Shown here: piece by piece, positions 44,829 through 55,530 of the stretch
How positions within the stretch are numbered: position 1 is the first letter of the stretch
Layout of the letters: each line of letters starts with the position of its first letter
Source: an uncultured Phycisphaerales bacterium
GTDB taxonomy: Bacteria; Planctomycetota; Phycisphaerae; Tepidisphaerales; Tepidisphaeraceae
Direction: 5' to 3'
Length of the DNA: 64,000 nt
Assembly (NCBI GenBank): GCA_963755915.1
Contig: CAVWLP010000003.1
Coordinates: 832,001-896,000 of the forward strand
Notes under the pieces: generated by a model
Seen by the model: only the letters and a program-made list of their open reading frames with translations
Databases searched by the model: none
What the model was told of the DNA's origin: nothing
Program-made: the position numbers and the translations under genes

Positions 44829-46787
44829 TCAGCCTCGCTTGCGGGCCACAAACTGAATCGATATGCACTTGCGGAAGGGAAACTGTTCGTAGGGCATCGC
44901 TCCGCGCCACAGGTTGTGCCCCTGCGGCCCGAGATAAAAGGTTTCCAGTTCGGCCTTCGCTGAAGCAATCAGGTCCTTTATGGCTCCGAGGCAGGCGTCC
45001 CACCCATCGTCAAGCCCCGCCAGGCGATTTTGCAGCGCGTAAATGCGGGCCATCTGCTCGACATGAAACTCGGTCCCGTTCCCATCGATCACGGCGTCGG
45101 CGCAGTGCAGCGAAAGCCCGCCGGGCTTGAGCGCGGCGTCGATCGCCTGATACGCGGCCTCGAGATCCGGCGCTTTGACGTGCTCCAGCACGGAAATGGA
45201 ATAGACGGCGTCAAGCTGCCCCTTCAGCGGCTCGGCCACCGATTGATCGAAGATCGAGCGGATGATCCTCACCCTCGGATAGGCCTTGAGATACCGCGAA
45301 TATTCCGTGGGCCCATGCCCCGATCCGTCATAGGGATCGCAAACTATCACCTTCCACCCCAGCGTCTGCATCAGCGAAGCCGCCAGCGGCTCCCCCGCTC
45401 CGATCTCCAGGATCGTCCCTCCGGGCTTCAGTGCGCCGATCAGCGCTTTCACCGCCCAGGGCCGCTGCACGTCTTTCAGGTCGTTCACGGTGCAGAGAAA
45501 CTTGAGGTTGTCCGCGCTGTCGCAATAGTCGCGCACCGTGGCGACCGACAGGGCCGGAAACTGGGCATCGGAATATCGTTTCAGAAGATTCATAATGTCC
45601 CCTTTTTCGGGAGGGTTGATAGCCAAAGTGGTTCGGCGATTCAATACGTGGCGATAAAGGGCCAGGACTTTCGCCGCCGTCGAGGCCCAGCCGAGGTTGT
45701 TGTCGAAAAACCGCCGGGCGCCGGTGGCAAGCGTCTGGCGGAGCTTCTGGTCGGTCACGATCGCCTTGACCGCGTCCGCGATCGCCGGCCCGTTCGCTTC
45801 GTCCAGAACATACGCATCTTCCCCATGCACGGTCACCAGGCCGATGTTGGTCCTGGGCAGAACCACCGGCCTGCCCAGGGCAAAGAAATCCGGCACCTTT
45901 GACGGAAATCTGAATTCGTTGAACACATCGCAAGACCCGGGCTGAACGAACACATCCGCCTGCGAAAGAATTTCCGCCAGCCGCCCGCGGTCCGGAATGA
46001 ACCCCACCGTCTGCGTAAACTCGGCCGACCAGCGCCGAAACAGAGGATCGACCTCAATGTGATCTTTCCCCATCCGCAGCAGCGTCGCCGGATATCCCTC
46101 GCGGTTCAGCAGCGCCACCGCGAGATAGAGACTGCGCACTTCCCGGAAATTCGCCTGGTGAACATTCCCGTGATAGGCCAGCACGATATGGTCCGGCTTC
46201 ACGCCCAGTTCCGCCCGCAGCGACGGATTCACGTGCCGGGGGTAAAAGTTCCGCTCATCGGTCGAAGGCCAGATCAGATCCGACGGCTTATCGCGCGGGA
46301 TCACGTTCCGCAGCGCGTCGATGATGACGGTGATCCCATCCGCCTCCTCAAGAAACTCCCCCCAATGCTGGGGATGCGAGAGATGCGCCGGAAACCCCTC
46401 CGTCTTCAGTCCCGTCGCAAACTCATCATAAACCCCCTTAAGCTGCGACCGCGCGATGAGCTCCTCGTTGTCCTCCATGTGGACGACGGTGGCAAAGCTC
46501 CGCCCATCCTGGAGGCGCTTGAAGAATTGCCGATTCACCTCCCGCGGCGTCCAGAAGTGGGCAACCTCCGGCCCCCGCCCATCATCAAACGCCACCTGCC
46601 CCGAAATCACCTGGTCAAACGTGCCTGTCTTATACGGCGTGTGCCCCATCAGCTCGCGCTCGGTCGGCTCCGCCGGAACGGCCACGATGCAATCGCACCC
46701 CAGCGCGCAAAGCTCGCGGGCGATGCCGTCCACATGATTGGCGCTGTTGGCCGCGAAACTCTGGTAGAGGCAGAAGAGGACGTTCAC
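44829..46787 (-). CDS. GT4 glycosyltransferase fused to C-terminal methyltransferase
   Basis: GTG overlapping the upstream stop; ADVFVQPG..FRFPSKVPDFFALGRPV then ILEIGAG, SISVLEH, LKPGG. Confidence 0.8.
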   Translation of the reverse strand: MNVLFCLYQSFAANSANHVDGIARELCALGCDCIVAVPAEPTERELMGHTPYKTGTFDQVISGQVAFDDGRGPEVAHFWTPREVNRQFFKRLQDGRSFATVVHMEDNEELIARSQLKGVYDEFATGLKTEGFPAHLSHPQHWGEFLEEADGITVIIDALRNVIPRDKPSDLIWPSTDERNFYPRHVNPSLRAELGVKPDHIVLAYHGNVHQANFREVRSLYLAVALLNREGYPATLLRMGKDHIEVDPLFRRWSAEFTQTVGFIPDRGRLAEILSQADVFVQPGSCDVFNEFRFPSKVPDFFALGRPVVLPRTNIGLVTVHGEDAYVLDEANGPAIADAVKAIVTDQKLRQTLATGARRFFDNNLGWASTAAKVLALYRHVLNRRTTLAINPPEKGDIMNLLKRYSDAQFPALSVATVRDYCDSADNLKFLCTVNDLKDVQRPWAVKALIGALKPGGTILEIGAGEPLAASLMQTLGWKVIVCDPYDGSGHGPTEYSRYLKAYPRVRIIRSIFDQSVAEPLKGQLDAVYSISVLEHVKAPDLEAAYQAIDAALKPGGLSLHCADAVIDGNGTEFHVEQMARIYALQNRLAGLDDGWDACLGAIKDLIASAKAELETFYLGPQGHNLWRGAMPYEQFPFRKCISIQFVARKRG

Positions 46788-49700
46788 CGGCCGGCTCCTG
46801 CGACGTCGAGGCGATAATTCGTCGAATCGCGATGAAAATTCGGATTGTAAAACGGATCGCCGTGGTCGATGGTCTTTTCCCACCGGTCGAGCAGAAGAAT
46901 CCGATCGGTAAAATCGTATTTCAGCCCGCGGCTGCGCGATTCATAATGCACCAGCCGCGCCGACGCCACGCAGATATTCCGCCACCCCATTGCCCGCAGG
47001 CGCAGGCAAAAATCGAGATCGTCGTAATGTCTTCGAAACCGCTCGGAAAAGCCTCCCGCGAGCATGAATTTCCTTCGGCTGATCATCGCCGCCGCCGCGG
47101 TCACCGCCGTCACCTCCCGCGAACAGGGCATCGACCCGAAGTAACCGTCGCAATCGGACGGGAAACCGCGCATCACATGATCGGCCGTCCCTCGCGGCCC
47201 CAGGATGATCCCGGCGTGCTGCGTCGTCCCGTCGGCATACGTGAGCGTCGCCCCGGCCATCCCCACATCTTCCGCCTGCGCGTGCAGCAGCAAATGCTGA
47301 AGCCAATCCGTCTGGATGATTTCCGTATCGTTGTTCAGCAGCATGAGGTATTCCCCCGTCGCCTGTGCCGCCAATACGTTCATGAACTGCGCGAAATGAA
47401 ATCCCCCCGGCAGGGCCACTTTTCGAATCGGATAGGATTCAAAAATTTTCAGCGCCCGCGGATCGCTCGTCTCGTTATCCCCGATCAAGACCTCGAAATC
47501 CGGATAATTCGTCAGGCGATAGAGCGTCTTCAAGCATCGCCCGATCAGCTCCGGATGATCGCGCGTGGGGATAAGGATGGAGATCTTCGGATAGCTCGCC
47601 CGCGGCCGGGGCAGCAGGTTGACGCGATGGGCGCGTCCGTTTCGCCGCGCCGTCGCGGGAATCGCCATGCGATCCAGGTGGGCCTGCACCGCCTGCTCCT
47701 GAAGGGCTTCGATGCCGTCTTTCGCCTCCGGATCGGCCGCCACGCTGCCGGCGATCGCCCGCCAGTGATAGAGCACGCGGGCGATATGCTCGATCTTCTG
47801 CGTCTTTTCGGAGATTCGCAGCGCCAGCTCATAATCCTGCACCCCGTCGTAAATGCTGTTACACCCTCCGACCTGATGCATCACCTCCCGCCGGACGGCC
47901 AGGAAATGCCCGAGATACATTACGCCGCGGAAATAAACCGGCGACCAGTCCGGCTTGAAAAACGGCTCCGAGCGGCGCTGCGAGCGATCGATCTTGTCCT
48001 GGTCTGTGTAAATGACATCGCAATCCGGCTTGTCGTTGATCCGCGCGACGACGTGATAAAGCGCATCGGTGCCAACTCGTCATCATGGTCCAGGAAGCCG
48101 ATCCACTGCCCGGTCGCCATGTAAATCGCTTCGTTGGTGGCGATCGAAATGTTTCCGTTGCTTTCCCGCGCATGAATTTTGATGCGCTTGTCATCCGCCA
48201 GCTCGTCCAAAATCGCGTGAGCTCCGGCCGATGCGACCCGTCGTCCACGATGCACAGTTCCCACGTCGAATAAATCTGCCGCCGCACCGATTCGACCGCC
48301 CTGGAAAGCAAATCCACGTCGCTTTTATAGACCGGCATCACGATGGAAATCAGCGGCTGATTGGCAAAGGCGCTGCACTGCCGCGCATACTGACCGGCAC
48401 ATCGGTTAAGCCGCCGCTGCTCGGTCTCGACATACTGCTGGTAGTTCGGATGCGCCTGCCGCTGCAGACCGGGGAAATAGGCGGTCCGCCAGACCGACCG
48501 GGCGACAGGCACCCACCGCTTGCCGCATTCCGCCTCGATGACGACGTGATTAAACCCCCTCTGCACGCTGCACTGCACGGCAAACCCGATGTTGGGCGTA
48601 TCCAGCTTCCCATCCAGCGCCGCCTTCACGTCGCGCCGTTCCCCGCCGTAATACCCGATGTGAACCTGCCCGTTGATCCGCGCCCGCACGGCGCTGATCG
48701 CCGTACCGGGGCAATAGCACCATCCGCTGACCAGCGTGCTTTCTTCCGGCATCGTCCATTCACCGGGCACGTCGATCCAGTATTTGATGGGACTGTTCGC
48801 GGCCGCAGTCCAGTTGAAGCTTCGCCGCGGGCGTCCGTGCAGAAGATCATCCCCGATCGATCCAAAACCCGCCCGCAGCGCAAAAACCCTGGAAGCGCTC
48901 ACTTCAAGGTGATGCTTCGCGGCCCAGAACGATTTCGTGACCGAATCCGCGATCCGATACAACCGCGATGCCCGCGACCCCCGCCGGGGCGTCTTTTGCG
49001 CCTGCGGTTTCCCCGTCACGAGCGCCGACGGTACTGAGAAGAATTTTCCACCCCGCCTCGTCGCCCCGCCGAATACCCGATTCACCAATTGCTGAATCTG
49101 CGGCTCGTAAAGATCGATCCAGTACCGGTAATGCGCCCCCGCCGCCACGGTTTGCTGAAGATGCTCCTCCATCAGCATGAACAGCAGGTGCGTCCGCGGG
49201 TCGTCGCGCTTGGCCCCCTTGTCGGGCCAGAACGGAATACTCCAGCCGGTGTAAAACTCGATCCGCAAAACGTCCATCCCCAGCAGCCCCGTCTTGCACG
49301 CCAGGTCAAAATCGACCAGGTACGGCTGCCCCTCGCTGAGCAGAATATTTCGCGGCAGAAAATCGCGAGAGGTCCAGACTGGCGCGTGCCACAGTGGTGG
49401 ATCGGCGCCGAAAATCTGTTTCCGAAAATCATCCTTCTGGGTGCTGGTCAACCGTGATGCGTCGATGGCTGAAACGATCCTGTTTTCGTCGACGCTTCGA
49501 TCCGGCTCGCCCAGCGTATTGGAATAAATCTCGGCTAAAATCCGCGCCACCAGCTTCTCGGCGCTCGATCGCGAAAGCATCTGCCTTCGCACGGCGTCGT
49601 CCAGCCGGGTCCCATCCTGGACGAACTGCTCGATAATGAACCAGTTCCGCTGGTCCTGCGCCGAGTTGAGAACTTCCGGAACCTTCACCGTGCTCAGCGC

Positions 49701-49922
49701 GTGATAGGCCTTCTGCGTCGCGAGAATCGCCTGCGGATCGTACGGCCCATCCAGCGGCAACCGCTTCACGCAGCACAGCGGCTTGCTCGAGCGCTTCACG
49801 ATAAACCGCATCCCCCGCGCCTGCGCGTTTCGATCCCCCGCGTGCACCGAGACCGTCAGGTCCCGGCCATCCGGAAGGTCCCACGCCCCGCGCAACACGT
49901 CGATAATTCCCAGGCGATTCAC
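46784..49922 (-). CDS. Kinase-like + GT2 + GT2 multidomain glycosyltransferase (several apparent frameshifts, 47950-48220)
   Basis: GTG 49922 overlaps the upstream TGA; RDFLPRNILL..LVDFD (APH/kinase); ISIVMPVY..VDDGS, FLDHDDEL, YLGHF; second GT2 SILIPTRD..LLNNDTE; pieced together from ORFs 47859-50069, 47920-48264 and 46784-47920. Confidence 0.75.
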
Positions 49923-50976
49923 GGCTTCACCAGCATGATTGCATAGGAGGGACAAAACCACTGCGCGATCCCCGAATCCGCAAGCTGTCGATACGCCGAG
50001 CGAACCGCATCCTGGTCCGGCAGCGGCTCGCCGCGGTCGCCATGATGCTCCGTCCAGTCGATCTCCCATTGAAGCAGAAATTCATTCACGTCCTCCAGCG
50101 GAACCAAATGGCGGGGAATCTTATAATCCGGGAAGCACCCATACACCGATTGCACGCCCAGCCCCGCCTCCGCCGCCAGCAGCCGAAGTTGCCCCAGCCC
50201 CCACGTCTTGGTCGGGGTGCGGTCGCCCCCCACCGCGCGCATCATCGCATCCGCCTCCTCCTCGCTGCGATAGCTGAAAAACGGCAAGCTGGTGTGATCG
50301 TCCCGCGCACCCATCAGGTATTTCAGTCCAATGCTGTTTTCGATGCCGATATACAGAATACCACCGGTTTTAAGCGCCGCGCCGCCCGCCGCAGCGCCAA
50401 AACCTGGCACTGCCGAATCGTCTGCGCCGGTCCGCGCCCCGTCCCCACCCATTCCAGCGCCCCGTTGAACAAGGCGATGTCGAACGCCCCCTCCTGAAAC
50501 GGAAACGTGAGGATATTCCCCTTGGCAAACGACAGTTCGACCTCTTCCTGCCCGGCAATAAACCGCAGCGCCCGAAGGCGTTCCAGCGTCAGGTCCAGAG
50601 CCACGACCCTGCACCCCGCCTGCGAGAGGGGGATCGCCAACTGGCCCCAGCCGGAGCCCACGTCCAGACAGGTGCAATCGGGATGAAGATCAAAGAGCTC
50701 CATGGGCGTCGCCCGGCTTGGGTCGGTCACGATCCGGTACAGCCAGGGGTTCTGGTTTTCGTAAAGGTCTTTGATCACCTGTCGCCAGGGGTGTATCGCA
50801 AGCCTCGACAATAGCGTCTTGGTTTGCTCCGCGGGAATGTCCGAATATGTTCCTGCGCTTTGCCCGTCGGTCACGATGCCGTCGGCCGTCGCTGAAACCG
50901 AGTCAATATGGGCGGGATCGACGAACCAGAGTCCGGTTGATTCCAGGGCAGGTTTTTGCGGTTTTTTGACTATCAT
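49919..50976 (-). CDS. SAM-dependent methyltransferase (apparent frameshift ~50380)
   Basis: LDVGSGWG, FDIALFNGALEWVG, then LKTGGILYIGIENSIGLKY in the next frame. Confidence 0.82.
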
Positions 50977-51151
50977 TCACTTGCCCGCAGCCGCGCCGGG
51001 CATGCGACGATGATTGCTACGAATCCACGGCTCGTTTCATAGTAGTAGAGGGCCATATCGCGGGCAAGATGGCGGGGCGAAGGGGAGTCCCCTGGCCAAT
51101 TTTCGCCCCACAGCTTTACTTATTTCTAATAATCCCGCACATAATCCCCCC

Positions 51152-53938
51152 ATGCGCTTCAACACCATGAGATTCCACAAATTGGGATGGCTCGCTCTTC
51201 TCCTTCTCACTCAGTGCGGCCACACCGCGCCGCAGCCACTGAACACCGGCAAATTCATCACCCCCAGGATGGACACCAACTGGCCAGTCGGCACCATGCC
51301 CATGAGCCTGGCGCTCAGCTCTGACGGCAAATATCTCCTCTGCAGCGACATGGGCTACCACGACGCTCTCTGGTCGATCCGCACGACGGACGGCATCGGG
51401 GTCTCCCACCTTGATTTCGACTACTCCGCCCTGGGCAAAACCCACGCCCCCGCCTCCCAACCCGCCGGTGAAGCCGGCGAAGCGCCGACGCAAGAAGGCT
51501 CAAAGAAAACCATCGGCCTCTATTACGGTCTCACCGTCGCCAGGTCGGGCCTCGTCTATGCGTCGCAGGGAGCCCACGCATCCATTGGAATTTTCTCCGT
51601 CGACCCGGCCGGCCAGCTTACGAAAGTCGGCAGCATCAAAACCGGCCTGGATGATTTCCCCGCCGGGCTGGCAACCGACGGCCGCGGGCTGCTCTACGTC
51701 GCCGACAACGGGTCCGGCTATGCCGACCCATTCAAAATGTCCGGCGGCCTGACGATCTACGACCCTGACGCCAGGCTCCAGCTCGGTCACGTCAGCTTCA
51801 CCCAAAGCCACGGCGGAACCTCGAATTTCCCCTTTGGCATTGCCGTCCTCTCGGACGGCTCAGCCGCCTACCTCGCCTCCGAGCGCGATGACGCCGTCTA
51901 CGCCGTCGATACGAAAGACCCGCAGAATCCGTCCGTGCTTTCGGTGATTCCCGTCGGCGCTCATCCCACGGCCGTTCTGCTCTCCCACGACGAATCGCGC
52001 CTCTTCGTCGCCAATTCTCTTAGCGATACGATCACTGTGATCGACACCGCCCAAAACCGCGCCGTCGACACCATCCTTCTCCGCCCCGACATGGTTCGCG
52101 ATATCCCAGGGGCCACGCCCACCGCCATGGCCCTCTCTCCCGACGGCGGAACCCTTTACGTCGCCCTCGGCGATATGGACGCCGTCGGCGTCGTGGATCT
52201 CGACTCGATGCAGCTTAAAGGGTACGTCCCCGCCGGCTGGTATCCCAGCGCCCTCGCCGTGAGGCCCGACGGCCGGCTCTTCGTCGCCAACGCCAAGGGC
52301 ACGAGCGTTCGAAACCCCAACAACATGCCCGACAAGTTCGACCCCAAACGCGCCAACGCCTACATCCTCAACATCATCAACGGAAACGTCTGCACGGTTC
52401 GGATTCCTCAGGGGGACGAGTTGGACAAGGCGACCGAAACCGTCATGGAAAACAACCGCCTGAACACCCTCTCGGAGGAGGAGCTCAATCCCCTGGCTGA
52501 TATAGACATGAACGCCGGGAAAATCACCCACGTCATCTACATCATCAAGGAAAACCGCACCTACGATCAGGTCCTTGGGGATATGCCCCAGGGCAACGGC
52601 GACAAATCCCTCGTGATTTTCGGCAAAGACGTCACGCCCAACGCGCACGCCCTCGCCGATCGCTTCGTCCTTCTCGACAATCTCTACGCCTGCGGCGAAG
52701 TCAGCGGCGACGGCTGGAACTGGAGCACCCAGGGAATGGCCGACGCCTACGTCGAGCGAAACGTCCCCTACCACTATTCCAGCCGCGGCCGGCATTTCGA
52801 TTTTGAAGGCCAGAACAACGGCTACATCACCGGTGGATTCCCCGCCAAGGACGAAGATGGCAAACCCCTGACCACCCTGCCCTCATTCGCCAAGGGCGCC
52901 CCGCCCATCCCGGATGTCGCCAACACCGGCAGAAATCTCTGGGACATCGCCCGCGACATGCGGGTTTCCATCCGCAATTACGGCTTCTACCTCAGCTTTA
53001 ACGATCGCATTACTGGCCTCGCCGGTGGGCCCGACAATTATCCCACCTCCCCCGGCCTTCAGCCCCCCGGCCACGACCTGGACGGCATCAGCGACATCGA
53101 CTACCGGCGATTCGATCTCGATTTCCCCGACAGCGACGCCCCCGCCCAACTCGCCGCCGCCGGCAATAGCGACGCACTCTATCCCATCACTAAGTACGGC
53201 AAATACGAGGCCCCCTGCCGATTTGCCGAGTGGAACCGTGAGTTCCAGATGATGCTTAACAAATCTCCCGATGGATCGGCGGTCCCGGCATTGATGCTCG
53301 TCCGCATGGGCGAAGACCACACCCGCGGCGCCCAGGCGGGCAGCCACACGCCAAGCTCTTATGTCGCCGACAACGACTACGGCATCGCCGAGCTCGTTCA
53401 GGCTGTCAGCCACAGTTCGATCTGGAACAGCACGGCCATCTTCATCATCGAAGACGACGCCCAGAGCGGCGCCGACCACGTCGACGCCCACCGCACCATC
53501 GGCTTCGTCATCAGCCCCTGGATCAAGGCTCACAGCGTCGACCACCATTTCTACAACACCGACAGCATGCTCAAGACCATGGAGCTGATTCTCGACCTGA
53601 ATCCGATGACCCAATACGACGCCGTCGCCGACCCGATCATGGATTGGGACACGACGCCGTCGAATTCCGCCCCGTACGATGCAATCGCCCCCTCCCCCAA
53701 ACTGATTGCCCAGCGGAATCCCAGGCTCGAAGACCTGACCCAATCCGACCCCCGCCGGGCGATGGAACTTGCCAGCGCCCGGATGGATTTCACCCACGCC
53801 GACGCCGCCCCGGCGCTGGAGCTGGATGAAATTGTCTGGAAAACCGTCAAAGGACCTGATTCCCGGATGCCGGTGCTGCATACGACGCTGTCGAAGCCGG
53901 ATGATAAGGACGGGGATAAGGATGATGATGGCGATTAG
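51152..53938 (+). CDS. Lipoprotein with YVTN-type beta-propeller and phosphoesterase/alkaline-phosphatase-like domain
   Basis: Lipobox-like LLTQC; propeller repeats (VGAHP, PAGWYP); IIKENRTYDQVLGD, EDDAQSGADHVDAHR. Confidence 0.88.
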   Translation: MRFNTMRFHKLGWLALLLLTQCGHTAPQPLNTGKFITPRMDTNWPVGTMPMSLALSSDGKYLLCSDMGYHDALWSIRTTDGIGVSHLDFDYSALGKTHAPASQPAGEAGEAPTQEGSKKTIGLYYGLTVARSGLVYASQGAHASIGIFSVDPAGQLTKVGSIKTGLDDFPAGLATDGRGLLYVADNGSGYADPFKMSGGLTIYDPDARLQLGHVSFTQSHGGTSNFPFGIAVLSDGSAAYLASERDDAVYAVDTKDPQNPSVLSVIPVGAHPTAVLLSHDESRLFVANSLSDTITVIDTAQNRAVDTILLRPDMVRDIPGATPTAMALSPDGGTLYVALGDMDAVGVVDLDSMQLKGYVPAGWYPSALAVRPDGRLFVANAKGTSVRNPNNMPDKFDPKRANAYILNIINGNVCTVRIPQGDELDKATETVMENNRLNTLSEEELNPLADIDMNAGKITHVIYIIKENRTYDQVLGDMPQGNGDKSLVIFGKDVTPNAHALADRFVLLDNLYACGEVSGDGWNWSTQGMADAYVERNVPYHYSSRGRHFDFEGQNNGYITGGFPAKDEDGKPLTTLPSFAKGAPPIPDVANTGRNLWDIARDMRVSIRNYGFYLSFNDRITGLAGGPDNYPTSPGLQPPGHDLDGISDIDYRRFDLDFPDSDAPAQLAAAGNSDALYPITKYGKYEAPCRFAEWNREFQMMLNKSPDGSAVPALMLVRMGEDHTRGAQAGSHTPSSYVADNDYGIAELVQAVSHSSIWNSTAIFIIEDDAQSGADHVDAHRTIGFVISPWIKAHSVDHHFYNTDSMLKTMELILDLNPMTQYDAVADPIMDWDTTPSNSAPYDAIAPSPKLIAQRNPRLEDLTQSDPRRAMELASARMDFTHADAAPALELDEIVWKTVKGPDSRMPVLHTTLSKPDDKDGDKDDDGD

Positions 53939-53975
53939 CGCGTCATGGCCCCGACGGCGACAACTTCGCATTTAT

Positions 53976-54014
53976 CCCCTCTCCCAGTAATCTGGGAGAG
54001 GGTTAGGGTGAGGG
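53976..54014. repeat. REP-like palindrome copy 3 / possible terminator
   Basis: CCCTCTCCCAG-TAAT-CTGGGAGAGGG followed by TTAGGGTGAGGG. Confidence 0.65.
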
Positions 54015-54069
54015 CCAACGGCGCCTTCACGCGCACCAACAAATATAATTTGGAACAAGTTGACCCGTT

Positions 54070-54483
54070 ATGACCGCCGCCATATCCAGTATCTATACCC
54101 CGCGCTATAAGCAGCTCATGCGGCAATTCCCCCTTCGGCCCATCCGCACGAAAAAGGAATCTCAGACCGCAACCGATATCCTCGATAATCTCTTTGGCAT
54201 CGACCACACCGACGAAGGTGAGGCCGCATACGTCTATGTGCTCGCGTGCCTGCTGGAGGATTATGAAAATCAGCACGAGTCGACGCGATCCGAAGCATCG
54301 GGGCTCGACGTTCTTAAGCACCTGATCGAGGAAACCGGTGTCAAACAGGCTGTGATCGCCAAATTGCTCGGTATTCGCCAAAGCGCCGTCTCCATGATCC
54401 TCAGCGGGAACCGACCCATCACCGCCGAACACGCCCGCCGCCTCGGTGAATATTTCTCAGTTAATCCCGGCTTGTTTTTATAG
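54070..54483 (+). CDS. HigA-like HTH antitoxin/regulator (no adjacent toxin)
   Basis: FPLRPIR..LLEDYE..LKHLIEE..QSAVSMILSGNRPIT..RLGEYF. Confidence 0.8.
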   Translation: MTAAISSIYTPRYKQLMRQFPLRPIRTKKESQTATDILDNLFGIDHTDEGEAAYVYVLACLLEDYENQHESTRSEASGLDVLKHLIEETGVKQAVIAKLLGIRQSAVSMILSGNRPITAEHARRLGEYFSVNPGLFL

Positions 54484-54540
54484 TAAAGTCCAAGCAATTA
54501 TCTCGACAGCGGGCGACAATTTGACGCCAATGCATTTCAG

Positions 54541-55406
54541 ATGACTGCCGCGACGCCAACTCTCCCACCCCCCCTCGGCCTGATCGCCGGCGAGGGGATT
54601 TTCCCTCTCCTGGTTGCACGCGGCGCTCGCGCCGCGGGTGCGGCGTGGTCGCCGCCGCCTTCGGGGGGAGCGCCTGGCCGGAACTGCGCAACGAGGTCGA
54701 CATCTTCAAATGGGTCGGCGTTGTGCGCATGGGGCAGTGGATTCGCGTGCTCAAAGCCGCAGGGTGCTCCGAGGCCATTCTCGTCGGGCGGGTCGCCAAG
54801 GAAAAAATGTACAGCCGGTGGCGATATTTGCGGTATATTCCCGACGTCCGGACTATCCTCATGTGGTCCAAAAATCTCCATCGCGACAAGCGCGATTCCT
54901 CCGTCCTTGGCGCGATCGACCGGGAGCTGGCTTCCGTAGGAATTCATTTGATCGACCAGACCAAATACTGCTCCGAGCACCTAGCCACCCCCGGCGTCAT
55001 GACCCGCATCGCCCCGACAGAACCGCAGTGGGCGGACATCCGCTACGGCTGGGAAATCTGCCAGACCGTCAGCCGGCTGGACATCGGGCAATCGATTGCT
55101 GTCGTCGATAAAAATGTCATCGCCGTCGAAGCTGTCGAAGGAACCAACGGCATGATCGAACGCGCCGGCAAGCTCTGCAAAGTCGGGGGGTGGTCGCTCA
55201 TTAAAGTTTCCAACATCCACCAGGACATGCGCCTCGACGTACCGACGGTGGGCACGACCACCATCGAAAAGCTCCACGCCAACCGGGCCTCGGCCCTGGT
55301 GCTGGAGCCGGGAAAGACCATCATGCTCGAAAAATCCAAAGTCCTGGAACTGGCGGAGCGATACCGGATTGCAATCGTCGGCTACACGCCGGAGATGGGA
55401 CGGTAA
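54541..55406 (+). CDS. lpxI: UDP-2,3-diacylglucosamine diphosphatase LpxI (apparent frameshift ~54640)
   Basis: LGLIAGEGIFP N-terminus; LDIGQS, AVEAVEGT, QDMRLDVPTVG in ORF 54645-55406. Confidence 0.85.
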
Positions 55407-55530
55407 ACCCGAATGACGAAATTCGAATTCCGAATCCAGCCCGAAACCCGAATGACGAAACATCCTGTCCGAATCATTCGTCATTTGGTCATTCGGATTT
55501 GATTCGTCATTCTGGTTTCTGGTTTCGGAT
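55405..55530. repeat. AATGACGAA/TTCGTCATT repeat array filling the lpxI-hslU convergent gap
   Basis: AAACCCGAATGACGAAA at 55405-55421 and 55444-55460; complementary TTCGTCATT at 55477-55485 and 55503-55511; TCTGGTT tandem. Confidence 0.75.
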
